Origin: a virus
Virus record (IMG/VR): IMGVR_UViG_3300045974_000166
Span: 96,001-160,000 of that record
Direction: 5' to 3' (one strand)
Length of the DNA stretch: 64,000 nucleotides
A program made the translations under genes and the position numbers. The first letter of the stretch is position 1; each line of letters opens with the position of its first letter. The notes beneath the pieces are model-generated. The model was not told where the DNA came from. It saw nothing but the letters and a program-made list of their open reading frames with translations, and did not search any database. This document shows, piece after piece, positions 1 through 9,465 of this stretch.

Positions 1-647
1 CCAAAAAGAATCCGCTGCATGTTGATGACAAGGTTCGCTTTGCCAAGCATTACTTCCCGGGCACTCATATCGAGGGTGCCTCTAAAGAACATCCTACATT
101 CTTACACCACGCTAAGAAACTATCAGACGAAGGCACAGAACACCTAGTCATGGTAGCTGGTTCTGACCGTGCCAAGGAATACCATGACATCCTGCACAAG
201 TACAATGGCCCTGGTAAGAATCATAACTTCAAGAAGATTACAGTAGTTTCTGCTGGTGAACGTGATCCAGATGCCGAAGGCACCGAAGGTATGTCCGCTT
301 CCAAACTTCGTGCTCATGCCGTTGCCGGCCACTATAAAGAATTCAAATCTGGTCTACCTAAGGGTGATGAAAAGATCCACAAAGAAATGTACCACAAGGT
401 TCGCTCTGGCCTGAAACTAGAATGCTTCATCTATCGTGCTAAAGGCCTAGTTATGGAATATGCTGTATCCAAACATGCATCGGCAGCTGCAGAAGTTGAG
501 CATTTACTTAGTAATGATCCTGGTAACAAAGATCTAATCGACTTAGCTCTCAAACATCATAAGCGTGCCGTTGCTGCTGCCACTTCTGAGACCGAAAAGA
601 AATATCATTCAGACAAAATAGCCAAATTAAATAGACAATGCTCATAA
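1..647 (+). CDS. Cytidylyltransferase-like (HIGH-superfamily) protein of T4-like phages, 5'-truncated by the window
   Basis: Frame is open from base 3 (KKNPL...KVRF...LVMVAGSDR...SAGERDPDAEGTEGMSASKLR), matching the conserved cytidyltransferase-like gene of T4-like phages; carries a His/Lys-rich C-terminal extension. Confidence 0.8.
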   Translation, partial: KKNPLHVDDKVRFAKHYFPGTHIEGASKEHPTFLHHAKKLSDEGTEHLVMVAGSDRAKEYHDILHKYNGPGKNHNFKKITVVSAGERDPDAEGTEGMSASKLRAHAVAGHYKEFKSGLPKGDEKIHKEMYHKVRSGLKLECFIYRAKGLVMEYAVSKHASAAAEVEHLLSNDPGNKDLIDLALKHHKRAVAAATSETEKKYHSDKIAKLNRQCS

Positions 648-657
648 GGATTTCATA

Positions 658-2847
658 ATGCAACTAGAAAAACACATTAACATCACAAAGACTCCAAACG
701 GAGCTATTGTTTCTTTCGGCGGACAGGTTTGTCTCACTATCTCCGAGATGGGAACAGAATTCTTCTGGTCTGCTTCTCCTGTGTTTGCTAAGTTAACTTA
801 TGGTGCATCCACTTTCTCCGATTTGCCAAGATCTTGGACTGGTCATTCTACAATGGCCGAAGCAATTGCAGATGGTCTTAACAAACTAGATGAAATGAAG
901 GCATTCTATGGTATAGTAGATTTGGCCGATGACACGTATGGTGACAAGCTGAACGAATCGGAAGAACTAGACGAAGATACTTATAAAGATAAATCTAATT
1001 CTGCTTGGGAAAAAGTTCATGCAAAATCTAAAGGTCCAGTAGATAGATTTATCACAAGAGTTGCTGCTAGAGTATTAGATAAAACTAAAATTGATAGAAA
1101 AACTGGCAAAGTAGTTCAATCGGAAGAAGTGGTTGAACTAGAATTTGATCAAGCTGCTATCGTTGAAGCACTTGCCTCTATCAAGGAAGATTGCCGTGTC
1201 GAAGCACTGAGAATGTCCGATTCTCTTCTTGAAGCACAACAACTTGCCAATGAACTCTTTGAAGACATCACAGAAGAATATCTGAATGAATTGTCTAAAG
1301 CTACTTTGGGTTCATATGCTAAAAAGGCTGCTACAGATGCAGCATATAAAGAATTGAATGCTGGTCAAATGGGTATTAATAGAGCTGGTGGTTTTGGTTA
1401 TGCGGCTGACAAGAAAGCAAAAAAACGGCTACAAGGTGTCCATACTGCAGTTAATAAACTTACAGAAGTAGAAGAACTTGACGAAGTTTGGGCTGGTCCT
1501 AACCCAGACAAGCAACCAAAATCCTATGTCGCTAAACTGAAGGCTAAGAATACTGGCAAACAAGCTCCAGCTACCGATATTAAGTTCGATGACCATGAAA
1601 AACTTGGTGTGTGGAAGCGTAATGCCGGCCAAGGTGAGATGATTCTTCGTAAACACAAAAAGACAGGTCAGCACGAAATTGTTGCCAACAATGACCAGTT
1701 CTCTCATGTAGCATATCCTGACTCTGAAGCCGCAGGTAAGAAATATCTCAACTTGCTAGGCAAACTTCAAGAAGAAGAACTCGATGAATACTTTGTTCCA
1801 TATCTTTTGAAAGGCAAACAAAAGCCTTATGTGTCTTCTCTCGGCCCTGGCCATTATGAAGTTCTTGGTAATGTCGGTCAGGTAAAGGCGACATTTACCC
1901 GAGCAACACACGGTAAAGATGCTCATGCTATGGCTCAAAAACATCTAAGAGCTAAGTACAACGAATACATGGCCGAAGAAGTAGAAGTACTCGATGAAGC
2001 AAGATTCGGAATGGACGACATTGCCGTTGGTGGCACCGTTATCTATAAGACTCTGAAGGGTGACCACAAGATGTCTAAGGTACGCAACAAGGGTAATGGT
2101 TTTGCTCTGCACCTACAAGACGGTTCGACTATTCAGAATCATGCCGTTAGATCTACCGATGCTTCCGATTGGAAACACTTCGAAAACTTGAAGGAAGAAG
2201 TTCTAGATGAAAAGCTTGACCGCCATGGCGATTTCCACCGGTCTGTTGAAAATGGCATTTTTGCACATTCTAAACATCTCGATACTACTAAGAAATATTT
2301 GCATGACAAAGACACAAGAGGCAGCGACGGTCTCTCTATGCAATTAGCTACATTTGACCACGAAAAACATGCACAAGCAGCTGCTAAGAAACATGGTGGC
2401 AGAGTGGAACGTACTGATTTTGGAACTTATAGAGTTACCGAAGAAGTTCTTGATGAAGCAACTCGCCCACTATCCGGTGATGCATACTGGAAGTCCAAAG
2501 AAGTAGAGTCTAAGGAAGAATATCTTAAGGCTCAACGCAAAGCTCTAGGTCTTCCAGAGCCAGTGAAACGCGGCCGCGGCAAACCAACTAACATCGACCG
2601 TGACCTTCTTAAGACTCGTGCTCACTCCAATGTAGAGGCAGGCAAACGTCCAACAGCTGGTTTCGACCGTAACGAGAAGATCCACTTCGTTCGCCATCTT
2701 AAGGATCATCCAGACTTTGCAGAAAAGCATGTGTCACAAGCAGGCCGACCTGTTGGAACGACTAAGGTTGCCTCTCAACAACAAGCTTTGGTTAAGAAGA
2801 AACAAGACACGGCCTTCTCTATGTGGGCAGGATTGGGTAAGAAATGA
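658..2847 (+). CDS. Large modular putative internal head (poly)protein
   Basis: 729 aa; Lys/His-rich modules separated by acidic EE(V/L)LDE motifs; contains LNELSKATLGSYAKKA; lies in late structural region. Confidence 0.6.
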   Translation: MQLEKHINITKTPNGAIVSFGGQVCLTISEMGTEFFWSASPVFAKLTYGASTFSDLPRSWTGHSTMAEAIADGLNKLDEMKAFYGIVDLADDTYGDKLNESEELDEDTYKDKSNSAWEKVHAKSKGPVDRFITRVAARVLDKTKIDRKTGKVVQSEEVVELEFDQAAIVEALASIKEDCRVEALRMSDSLLEAQQLANELFEDITEEYLNELSKATLGSYAKKAATDAAYKELNAGQMGINRAGGFGYAADKKAKKRLQGVHTAVNKLTEVEELDEVWAGPNPDKQPKSYVAKLKAKNTGKQAPATDIKFDDHEKLGVWKRNAGQGEMILRKHKKTGQHEIVANNDQFSHVAYPDSEAAGKKYLNLLGKLQEEELDEYFVPYLLKGKQKPYVSSLGPGHYEVLGNVGQVKATFTRATHGKDAHAMAQKHLRAKYNEYMAEEVEVLDEARFGMDDIAVGGTVIYKTLKGDHKMSKVRNKGNGFALHLQDGSTIQNHAVRSTDASDWKHFENLKEEVLDEKLDRHGDFHRSVENGIFAHSKHLDTTKKYLHDKDTRGSDGLSMQLATFDHEKHAQAAAKKHGGRVERTDFGTYRVTEEVLDEATRPLSGDAYWKSKEVESKEEYLKAQRKALGLPEPVKRGRGKPTNIDRDLLKTRAHSNVEAGKRPTAGFDRNEKIHFVRHLKDHPDFAEKHVSQAGRPVGTTKVASQQQALVKKKQDTAFSMWAGLGKK

Positions 2848-3284
2848 TTATTGACGAACTTAAAGTAACACTGGCCAACCACATTGAGTCGGCCCTGACC
2901 GTCTGGGGTTATCACTGGAATATCGAAGGAGTTGATTTCAACCAATATCATACATTCTTCTCTGAGATTTATAACGAATACTTTGATCAAGTAGATACGC
3001 TAGCCGAATATGTCCGAATTGTATCAAAAGCCGAGGAATATGTGAATGCTTCGGTTGATGTGGTGAAAGCTAATAAGACCGTGAAGAGTAAAATTGTTGT
3101 AGGTTCTAAACCAAAAGAAATGGTGAAAGAAATCCTTGTACTCAATGATGCTCTTCTAGCAGATATGGCTAATATGTTCAAATTGTCAACCGCAGCGGGT
3201 GAGCAAGGTTTGGCTAACTACTGCGCTGGTCAAATGGATGTATATGAAAAACTTCGTTGGAAACTCCTAACTGTGGCAAAATGA
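2844..3284 (+). CDS. dps: Dps/ferritin-like protein
   Basis: HWNIEGVDFNQYHTFFSEIY...DTLAEYVR matches the Dps ferroxidase signature; 146 aa. Confidence 0.8.
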   Translation: MIIDELKVTLANHIESALTVWGYHWNIEGVDFNQYHTFFSEIYNEYFDQVDTLAEYVRIVSKAEEYVNASVDVVKANKTVKSKIVVGSKPKEMVKEILVLNDALLADMANMFKLSTAAGEQGLANYCAGQMDVYEKLRWKLLTVAK

Positions 3285-3688
3285 AAACATTCAAAGAATA
3301 CCTAACTGAAGCCGAAGAGTTTGACTCTGGGAATATCCACCCCAGAGATCTACCAAAGCATCTTACTCCAGGTGAGATTAAAAGTATTCAGAAGCATCCA
3401 TACTTTAAAGAATATGTAGGCAACTATGTTCCGGGTGGGACGGTTGCTGCTCGTGTAACTAAGGACCGTGCTGGCTTCAAGAAAGTATACATGGGCAACT
3501 CCCAAGTCCTAGATACTACTCATGGTAAGATTCGGCGTATGGTGCAATTCGATATGAAGTACTCTGGTCACTCAGTCGACAATGCTCATTTGCACCACAA
3601 CGTAGATGGCAAGCGCCACACCCATGGCAATAAGAATATCTGGTGGGACCACATTAAATCACATAAGAACTACGAGAACGAAAAATGA
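3281..3688 (+). CDS. Putative internal head protein with capsid-targeting sequence
   Basis: Start re-assigned to ATG 3281 (ATGA overlap with dps); N-terminus MKTFKEYLTE resembles the T4 IP capsid-targeting sequence MKTYQEFIAE. Confidence 0.6.
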   Translation: MKTFKEYLTEAEEFDSGNIHPRDLPKHLTPGEIKSIQKHPYFKEYVGNYVPGGTVAARVTKDRAGFKKVYMGNSQVLDTTHGKIRRMVQFDMKYSGHSVDNAHLHHNVDGKRHTHGNKNIWWDHIKSHKNYENEK

Positions 3689-5934
3689 CAGATCAAATCG
3701 ACGAACTAAGCAACAACACTCTTCAATCTGTGGCAAAGAAACGTGCCGATCAGTCTAAAGAGGCAGGTGGTATTGGTGTGAATAATCCTACTCGTGCCAA
3801 GGCTATGGATCTTCTTCGGAAGTCCGATAATGCTAAGTATCGGCACACAGAACATCCATCTAAGGTAACTCCAAAGACTCCTGCTCCAGCACCTACCGAA
3901 GCCGATAAAGCAGCTCATGCTAAGGCAAACAAAGCCAAGGTAGATTCTCAGAACAACCGCGGCTATGGCGAAGGCCGATACATGGGTGATTCAGTAGAGC
4001 AGACGGAAGTTGAAGATCAGATTGACGAACTCTCAATGGACACAGTGAAGTCATACAAAGATAAGGTTAAAGCAAATCCTGCTCCATCTAAGACTACTCA
4101 CAACATTCTACACAAAGCTATTCGTAGATTTGCCGGTAAAGAACGTGCCGAAGATCGTATTCATTCAGATGAAATGAAGAAGATGCGTGAACGGCTAGGT
4201 CTGAAGAACGAAGAAGTTCTAGACGAAGATATTGGTTCTAGTATCAAGAAGGGTATCAAAAGCGTTAAACGCGGTTTTCAAGGTTGGGCAGATACAAGAA
4301 TGACACCCGGAAGTATTCAGAAAAGAACTAAAGAACTTACGGATGATGAATTGGCCGACCAAAGAGCTCAAAGAGATGAGCCAGGAAATACAGAACCCGG
4401 AAAACACTCACCTGTGGGTTTACAACGGCGACTACATGACAGAGAAAAAAGAAAACGTGATCTAGCTAATGAAGAAGTTATCACCGAAGGTGCTGGCATT
4501 GGTGATCTAGTCAAGTTCCACAAAATTGCCGGTATGAACGGTCATAGATATGCTCAAATATCTGGTTTCATTATGTCTAAGAAAGACGGTAACATTGATC
4601 CTATGACTGGCCGGGTTCATGGTACAGCTACTCACTATGTGGCTAAACTCAAGAAAGACCCACTGAACACAGTAAACTTCACCCCAGATGTTCATATCCC
4701 AGTTGGTGATGTGCATAAGGTAGATCAGTACGCCGAGATTCAGAACCACAAGGCCAAACAGAAGATGCTTGGCAAGATCAAGGGTGAGTCTATAGACGAA
4801 GAAGTTACATTCTCTGGCAAAGGTGCCAATGGTGTGCAATATAAAATCATCAAAACCGGTGATGATCATGCCATCCATGCAAACGGTAAACACATTGACA
4901 CCTACGGTTCTCACCAACGCGCTATGAGTGTTCTCAAGAATGAAGTTCCAGGTTTAAAAGCAGACCTAAAGGAAGAAGTTCTAGACGAAGATGCCGCTCA
5001 GAAGAATATGGGCCATGCAATGGATACTATTGAACCAAGCAAAAGAGATGCTGCTCGGAAACAATACGGAGCTGCCCGGTCTAAGGGTCTAACCCATGCA
5101 TCTTCTATTAGCCTAATGCACCAACGTTTTGGTGGCACAAATGAAGAAGTAGACGAAGCATTTGAAAAGCCAAAAGCCGCAAAGACTAAAGAAATTGAAA
5201 AGTCCGACAATGCTGCTCATGCTCGACTTAATAAGCCAATGCCAATTCAAAAACCAATACGAGTTGAAGAAGTAGAACAAATAGAAGAACTTTCTAATGA
5301 AACTCTTAAAAGTTACGTTAGCAAATCAAACAAGCATCGCACTCAAGCTTCGGTCGAACATCTAGGACAAGGTAAGTGGGATCCTAAGTTTGTTGATAAA
5401 ATGGATCGTAGAGCCGATCATTCCATAAAAGCTTATCATAAAATCAAGAATAAGCATTCAATGACTACCGAAGAAGTTGTAGATGAGGAAGTCAAAACAG
5501 AAAAGCCTAAGCACAAGGTTGGTGATACCGTTTGGGCAACTTCACCTACCAACAAAGCACTTACAATGACTGGCAAAGTTACAAAAATCGGTGTCACGCT
5601 AACTACCGTGAAGCATAAAGATGGTTCAGAAGCTCATTATCCACACAAACTTGTGAATAACGACTACGAAGTTCTACATCCAAATTCAAAGAAATGGCAA
5701 CGTGAACATCTAGAACAGACTGGGGAACTTCTCTCTTTGTCCGAAGTTAAATACATTCTAGAGAATGCAGCAGGAGGCGCTGGTGTCATTGCTCAACATT
5801 CCGGAGTAAATGACAGTGCTCCCCAAGGTACTGGCAGGGTTAAGAAAATGATGGGTAACAAAACTGATGCTGTAGCTATTGCTAAAATCATAGCAAATGG
5901 TGTAGCATCAAAAGAACAGAAAGAAAGTGAATAA
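3685..5934 (+). CDS. Large modular putative internal head (poly)protein
   Basis: 749 aa; repeated QIDELS/EEVLDE/EEVDE delimiters between basic modules. Confidence 0.6.
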   Translation: MTDQIDELSNNTLQSVAKKRADQSKEAGGIGVNNPTRAKAMDLLRKSDNAKYRHTEHPSKVTPKTPAPAPTEADKAAHAKANKAKVDSQNNRGYGEGRYMGDSVEQTEVEDQIDELSMDTVKSYKDKVKANPAPSKTTHNILHKAIRRFAGKERAEDRIHSDEMKKMRERLGLKNEEVLDEDIGSSIKKGIKSVKRGFQGWADTRMTPGSIQKRTKELTDDELADQRAQRDEPGNTEPGKHSPVGLQRRLHDREKRKRDLANEEVITEGAGIGDLVKFHKIAGMNGHRYAQISGFIMSKKDGNIDPMTGRVHGTATHYVAKLKKDPLNTVNFTPDVHIPVGDVHKVDQYAEIQNHKAKQKMLGKIKGESIDEEVTFSGKGANGVQYKIIKTGDDHAIHANGKHIDTYGSHQRAMSVLKNEVPGLKADLKEEVLDEDAAQKNMGHAMDTIEPSKRDAARKQYGAARSKGLTHASSISLMHQRFGGTNEEVDEAFEKPKAAKTKEIEKSDNAAHARLNKPMPIQKPIRVEEVEQIEELSNETLKSYVSKSNKHRTQASVEHLGQGKWDPKFVDKMDRRADHSIKAYHKIKNKHSMTTEEVVDEEVKTEKPKHKVGDTVWATSPTNKALTMTGKVTKIGVTLTTVKHKDGSEAHYPHKLVNNDYEVLHPNSKKWQREHLEQTGELLSLSEVKYILENAAGGAGVIAQHSGVNDSAPQGTGRVKKMMGNKTDAVAIAKIIANGVASKEQKESE

Positions 5935-5936
5935 TT

Positions 5937-6263
5937 ATGTCTTATATGAGAACCAAACCGCGGTGGTGTCCCACGGTTGAAGCAACTGAACAAGGTTGGA
6001 TAAATAGTCTAAATGGAGAGCTTTTAGTTTCTCTTCGCAATTTGAAATCATTATTAGCCTTAGAACAAGCCGCACTAGATGCTGCTGCAGCAACTATCCC
6101 AAAAGAGGTCCCTATGCAAGTAATTAAAGAAGAAGTAGTTCCAGTTGTCGCCGAAGTTCAAGTACCAGTTACTGAAGAAACTATCAAAAAGCCAAAGAAG
6201 AAACAAAAAATTCTTGGTGAAGTAGTTGAATTTCCTGTTGACGCACAAGTTATTGGTGAATAA
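5937..6263 (+). CDS. Hypothetical protein of T4-like phages
   Basis: P.W...A...GW....GELLVS motif; tightly packed in the operon. Confidence 0.6.
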   Translation: MSYMRTKPRWCPTVEATEQGWINSLNGELLVSLRNLKSLLALEQAALDAAAATIPKEVPMQVIKEEVVPVVAEVQVPVTEETIKKPKKKQKILGEVVEFPVDAQVIGE

Positions 6264-6655
6264 TGGCTGATACCAAAATCTCGGCTTTTACACCAGTTGT
6301 AACCCTTGGTCCAACCGATATATTTCCTATTGTACAAGGTGGCGTCAACAAATTTGCTACAATAGGGCAAATATCTAATCTAGCAGTTGCTGGTACCCAA
6401 GTTGTGACGACGTCGGCAGGAATTCCTGTAGCAGTTAGTTCAGATGTTGTGTTAGTTTCTTCGGCAGCCACACTAGGTTCTGGCACTGTTTCTGGAAAGA
6501 AATTAACAATTGTAGCTACTGGCCCCGGATCTATTGCATTTACTGCATCCTCAGTTCCAGTATTATATACTTATGCTGCCGGGTCTACTATGTCTTTAGT
6601 TTGGGCAAATTCTACTTGGAACATTCTGTCTATTTTTAATATGACACGTGTCTAA
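6263..6655 (+). CDS. Putative virion structural protein
   Basis: MADTKIS N-terminus and Thr/Ser/Val-rich beta composition; overlaps neighbouring stop/start codons. Confidence 0.5.
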   Translation: MADTKISAFTPVVTLGPTDIFPIVQGGVNKFATIGQISNLAVAGTQVVTTSAGIPVAVSSDVVLVSSAATLGSGTVSGKKLTIVATGPGSIAFTASSVPVLYTYAAGSTMSLVWANSTWNILSIFNMTRV

Positions 6656-6999
6656 TGATTCAAAACGACCAACATTTTTTGCTTCATGCATTTAAAGCGT
6701 ATGATAATCCTAGGATGATTTCTACTACCGAATTTGATGCAGATCTAAAAAGATTTGGTTACCTGAATACAATGCTTTCAAAGTATTCTAAAGATAAAGA
6801 TGAAGTTAAACTTAGAACATGTGTAAATCATATTGTTATAATTTCAAACTGTTTTTGTGAAGCATCTCTTGAACTCATAAGATATAAGATGCTTGAGGAA
6901 AACAGATCTATTACTGAGTCTATCATGTACTTTCTTAAAATGACGGATGACAAAGATTACGTGGATTTTAGCCTATTAAATACATTAGAACAACTATGA
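6655..6999 (+). CDS. Conserved hypothetical protein of T4-like phages
   Basis: F..A.K.YDNP.....EF..DLKRF.Y......NH.....N.F pattern seen upstream of tail sheath genes in T4-like phages. Confidence 0.65.
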   Translation: MIQNDQHFLLHAFKAYDNPRMISTTEFDADLKRFGYLNTMLSKYSKDKDEVKLRTCVNHIVIISNCFCEASLELIRYKMLEENRSITESIMYFLKMTDDKDYVDFSLLNTLEQL

Positions 7000-7166
7000 A
7001 CAACCAACAAGAATTAAAAGAAGATGGAGCAGTAGTAGCTCCCGGTAACGTTACTGCTGGAGTTGAAGGCCCAAAGCTTCCAATAAAACCAGCAAATGTC
7101 TTTAAGAGAGTTCAACTTCTTAAGAAGAAAAAAGATACGATCGAACCCAAAGTTCCATCTAATTAA
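6996..7166 (+). CDS. Small basic protein (56 aa), not in ORF track
   Basis: ATGA overlap; MNNQQELKEDGAVVAPGNVTAGVEGPKLPIKPANVFKRVQLLKKKK... Confidence 0.55.
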   Translation: MNNQQELKEDGAVVAPGNVTAGVEGPKLPIKPANVFKRVQLLKKKKDTIEPKVPSN

Positions 7167-7169
7167 ATA
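7162..7169 (+). promoter_or_regulatory. T4-type late promoter (ATTAAATA)
   Basis: Variant of TATAAATA about 30 nt upstream of gp18. Confidence 0.55.
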
Positions 7170-7200
7170 ATAAGTATAGAATTAAATCGGAGTATAAAAT

Positions 7201-8883
7201 ATGGCAATTTATCAACAATCCCCAGGTGTACAAGTAGTTGAAAAAGATGCTTCAGCCGTTACGGTTGGGCTATCTACCACTATCGGTGCATATGTAGGAT
7301 CATTCCAGTGGGGTCCTGTGTTGAACCCTATGTTAGTGTCCAATGAAGGTGACTTAGTCAAAATCTTTGGTACTCCAGATACTAATACATATTCACACTT
7401 CTTTTCGGCGGCAAACTTCTTGTCTTATACCAATGCAATGTGGGTAACACGAGTTGTTGGTGCATCGGCATCTAATGCTTCCGTTGCTGGTTCTGCACTG
7501 TTGATTTCTAACTTTGACAACTATCAAGCATCTTTTTCATCGGGTGTTAACACCTACGGTACATTTGCTGCTCGGTATCCTGGTTCTAAAGCAAATGGTC
7601 TGAAGGTTTCTATTGCTGACTCTGCAACATTTGCACAATGGCCTTATGCAAATCTATTCTCTGCAGCACCAGGCACCTCTGACTATGCCCTTTCTAAGGG
7701 TGGTTCAAACGATGAACTCCATGTTATCGTTATCGATGCTCTTGGTAAATTTACAGGTTCTCCTGGTGCAGTCTTGGAAAAATATGACTTCCTTTCTAAG
7801 GCTTCTGATGCCATTTCATACCAAGGAACAAACAACTACTATGTTTCGGTTCTAGCTAATCGTTCTTCATATGTCTATTGGATGTCTCATGACGTCGATG
7901 GTGCAAACTGGGGTGGCATTGCTACCAATACGGCATTTGCAGCATTATCTGGAGTTCCTACTGACTTTGTCTATACTCTTTCCGGTGGCGTAGATAATAA
8001 TGCCGTATCCGACGGCAACCTACAACTTGGTTGGGATCTATTCTTGGATTCTCAAACATATGATGTAAGCCTATTAGTGACTGGTAATGCTTCTGAAGCA
8101 CTTTCTGCCTACGTTGTCAACAACATTGCAGCTGTTCGTAAAGATTGTGTTGCATTTACTTCGATCTGCAAGACTGGTGCTCCAATTCTAGGTACATCTT
8201 CTACTCGCATTGCTGATGCTAAGGCATTTAAAACATTCGATTCTTCATATGCAGTAATCGATTCTGGTTACAAGTACATGTATGATAAGTACAATGACAA
8301 ATACCGTTGGATCGCTCTAAATGCCGATACCGCTGGTCTTTGCGCTAAAGTTGATGCAACAAACGACACATGGTCTTCTCCTGCCGGTATGACCAAGGGT
8401 CAGATCAAGGGTGCCGTGAAGCTTGCTTGGAACCCAACTCAAGCCGAACGTGATCAATTGTATCCAGCAGCTATTAATCCAGTTATCAACCAAGTTGGTA
8501 AGGGTACTATTCTATTTGGTGACAAGACTGCCACTACTAAGCCATCGGCATTTGATCGCATCAATGTACGCCGGTTATTCTTGATTCTTGAAAAATCGAT
8601 TGCCAACTCTGCTAAGTATCAACTGTTCGAACTTAATGATGCAATCACTCGGCTCCAATTTATTGCTTCGGTTGAACCATTCCTGCGCGATGTTAAAGGT
8701 CGACGCGGCGTGCAAGACTACAGAGTTATTTGTGATGAAACCAACAACACCCCACAAGTTGTTGCTACTAACAATTTTGTTGGTACTATCTTGATCAAGC
8801 CTAACTACTCGATCAACTTCATTACTCTGAACTTTACTGCTGTTGGTCCTAATGTTTCATTCGAAATTGCCGCAGGCGTTTAA
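7201..8883 (+). CDS. gp18: Tail sheath protein
   Basis: SPGVQVVEKD...F.WGP N-terminus; W.SPAG..KG, GDKT, FDRINVRRLF, FE.ND motifs. Confidence 0.97.
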   Translation: MAIYQQSPGVQVVEKDASAVTVGLSTTIGAYVGSFQWGPVLNPMLVSNEGDLVKIFGTPDTNTYSHFFSAANFLSYTNAMWVTRVVGASASNASVAGSALLISNFDNYQASFSSGVNTYGTFAARYPGSKANGLKVSIADSATFAQWPYANLFSAAPGTSDYALSKGGSNDELHVIVIDALGKFTGSPGAVLEKYDFLSKASDAISYQGTNNYYVSVLANRSSYVYWMSHDVDGANWGGIATNTAFAALSGVPTDFVYTLSGGVDNNAVSDGNLQLGWDLFLDSQTYDVSLLVTGNASEALSAYVVNNIAAVRKDCVAFTSICKTGAPILGTSSTRIADAKAFKTFDSSYAVIDSGYKYMYDKYNDKYRWIALNADTAGLCAKVDATNDTWSSPAGMTKGQIKGAVKLAWNPTQAERDQLYPAAINPVINQVGKGTILFGDKTATTKPSAFDRINVRRLFLILEKSIANSAKYQLFELNDAITRLQFIASVEPFLRDVKGRRGVQDYRVICDETNNTPQVVATNNFVGTILIKPNYSINFITLNFTAVGPNVSFEIAAGV

Positions 8884-8889
8884 TAAATA
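8882..8889 (+). promoter_or_regulatory. T4-type late promoter (AATAAATA)
   Basis: Directly upstream of gp19. Confidence 0.55.
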
Positions 8890-8910
8890 AGATAACTTAA
8901 GGAAATAAAC

Positions 8911-9456
8911 ATGGCACGTATCGATGATTTCAGAGCATTTTTAACACATGGTGGTGCTCGCCCTACGCAATTCAGAGTAAATCTGGCTTTCCCTCAGGCA
9001 ATTGGTGTACAACAAAATGGTGCCGGTATTTCTGGCGTCTTTATGTGTACGGCCACTTCGTTGCCTGCTTCGACACTCCAATCTATTGATGTACCTTACC
9101 GTGGCCGGACTGTGAAGTTGGCTGGCGAACGTGTATTCCAAAATTGGCAAGTTCGTGTGCTCAATGACTCAAATTTCTTAATCCGTAAAGCTATGGAATC
9201 TTGGTCTTCTAAGATTCTTGGCCACGAAAGCACTAGTGGAGTTGTTGTACCTACTCTATATGCAGTTGATATGGAAGTAGTTCAGCTTGACCGGAATGAT
9301 ATGGAACTTAGAAAATATAGATTCCATAATTGCTTCCCAACTAACATCTCTGAAATTTCTCTTGACTTTGGTCAAATCACTCAGATCGAAGAATTCTCTG
9401 TTGAATTCTCTGTTGATTACTGGACTGTAGATTCTGGCGACGTACAAATCTATTAA
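8911..9456 (+). CDS. gp19: Tail tube protein
   Basis: GGARPTQF.V, F.C.A..LPASTL..I.VPYRGR..K.AG.R.F..W...V.ND; follows gp18. Confidence 0.95.
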   Translation: MARIDDFRAFLTHGGARPTQFRVNLAFPQAIGVQQNGAGISGVFMCTATSLPASTLQSIDVPYRGRTVKLAGERVFQNWQVRVLNDSNFLIRKAMESWSSKILGHESTSGVVVPTLYAVDMEVVQLDRNDMELRKYRFHNCFPTNISEISLDFGQITQIEEFSVEFSVDYWTVDSGDVQIY

Positions 9457-9465
9457 GCTTGACAG

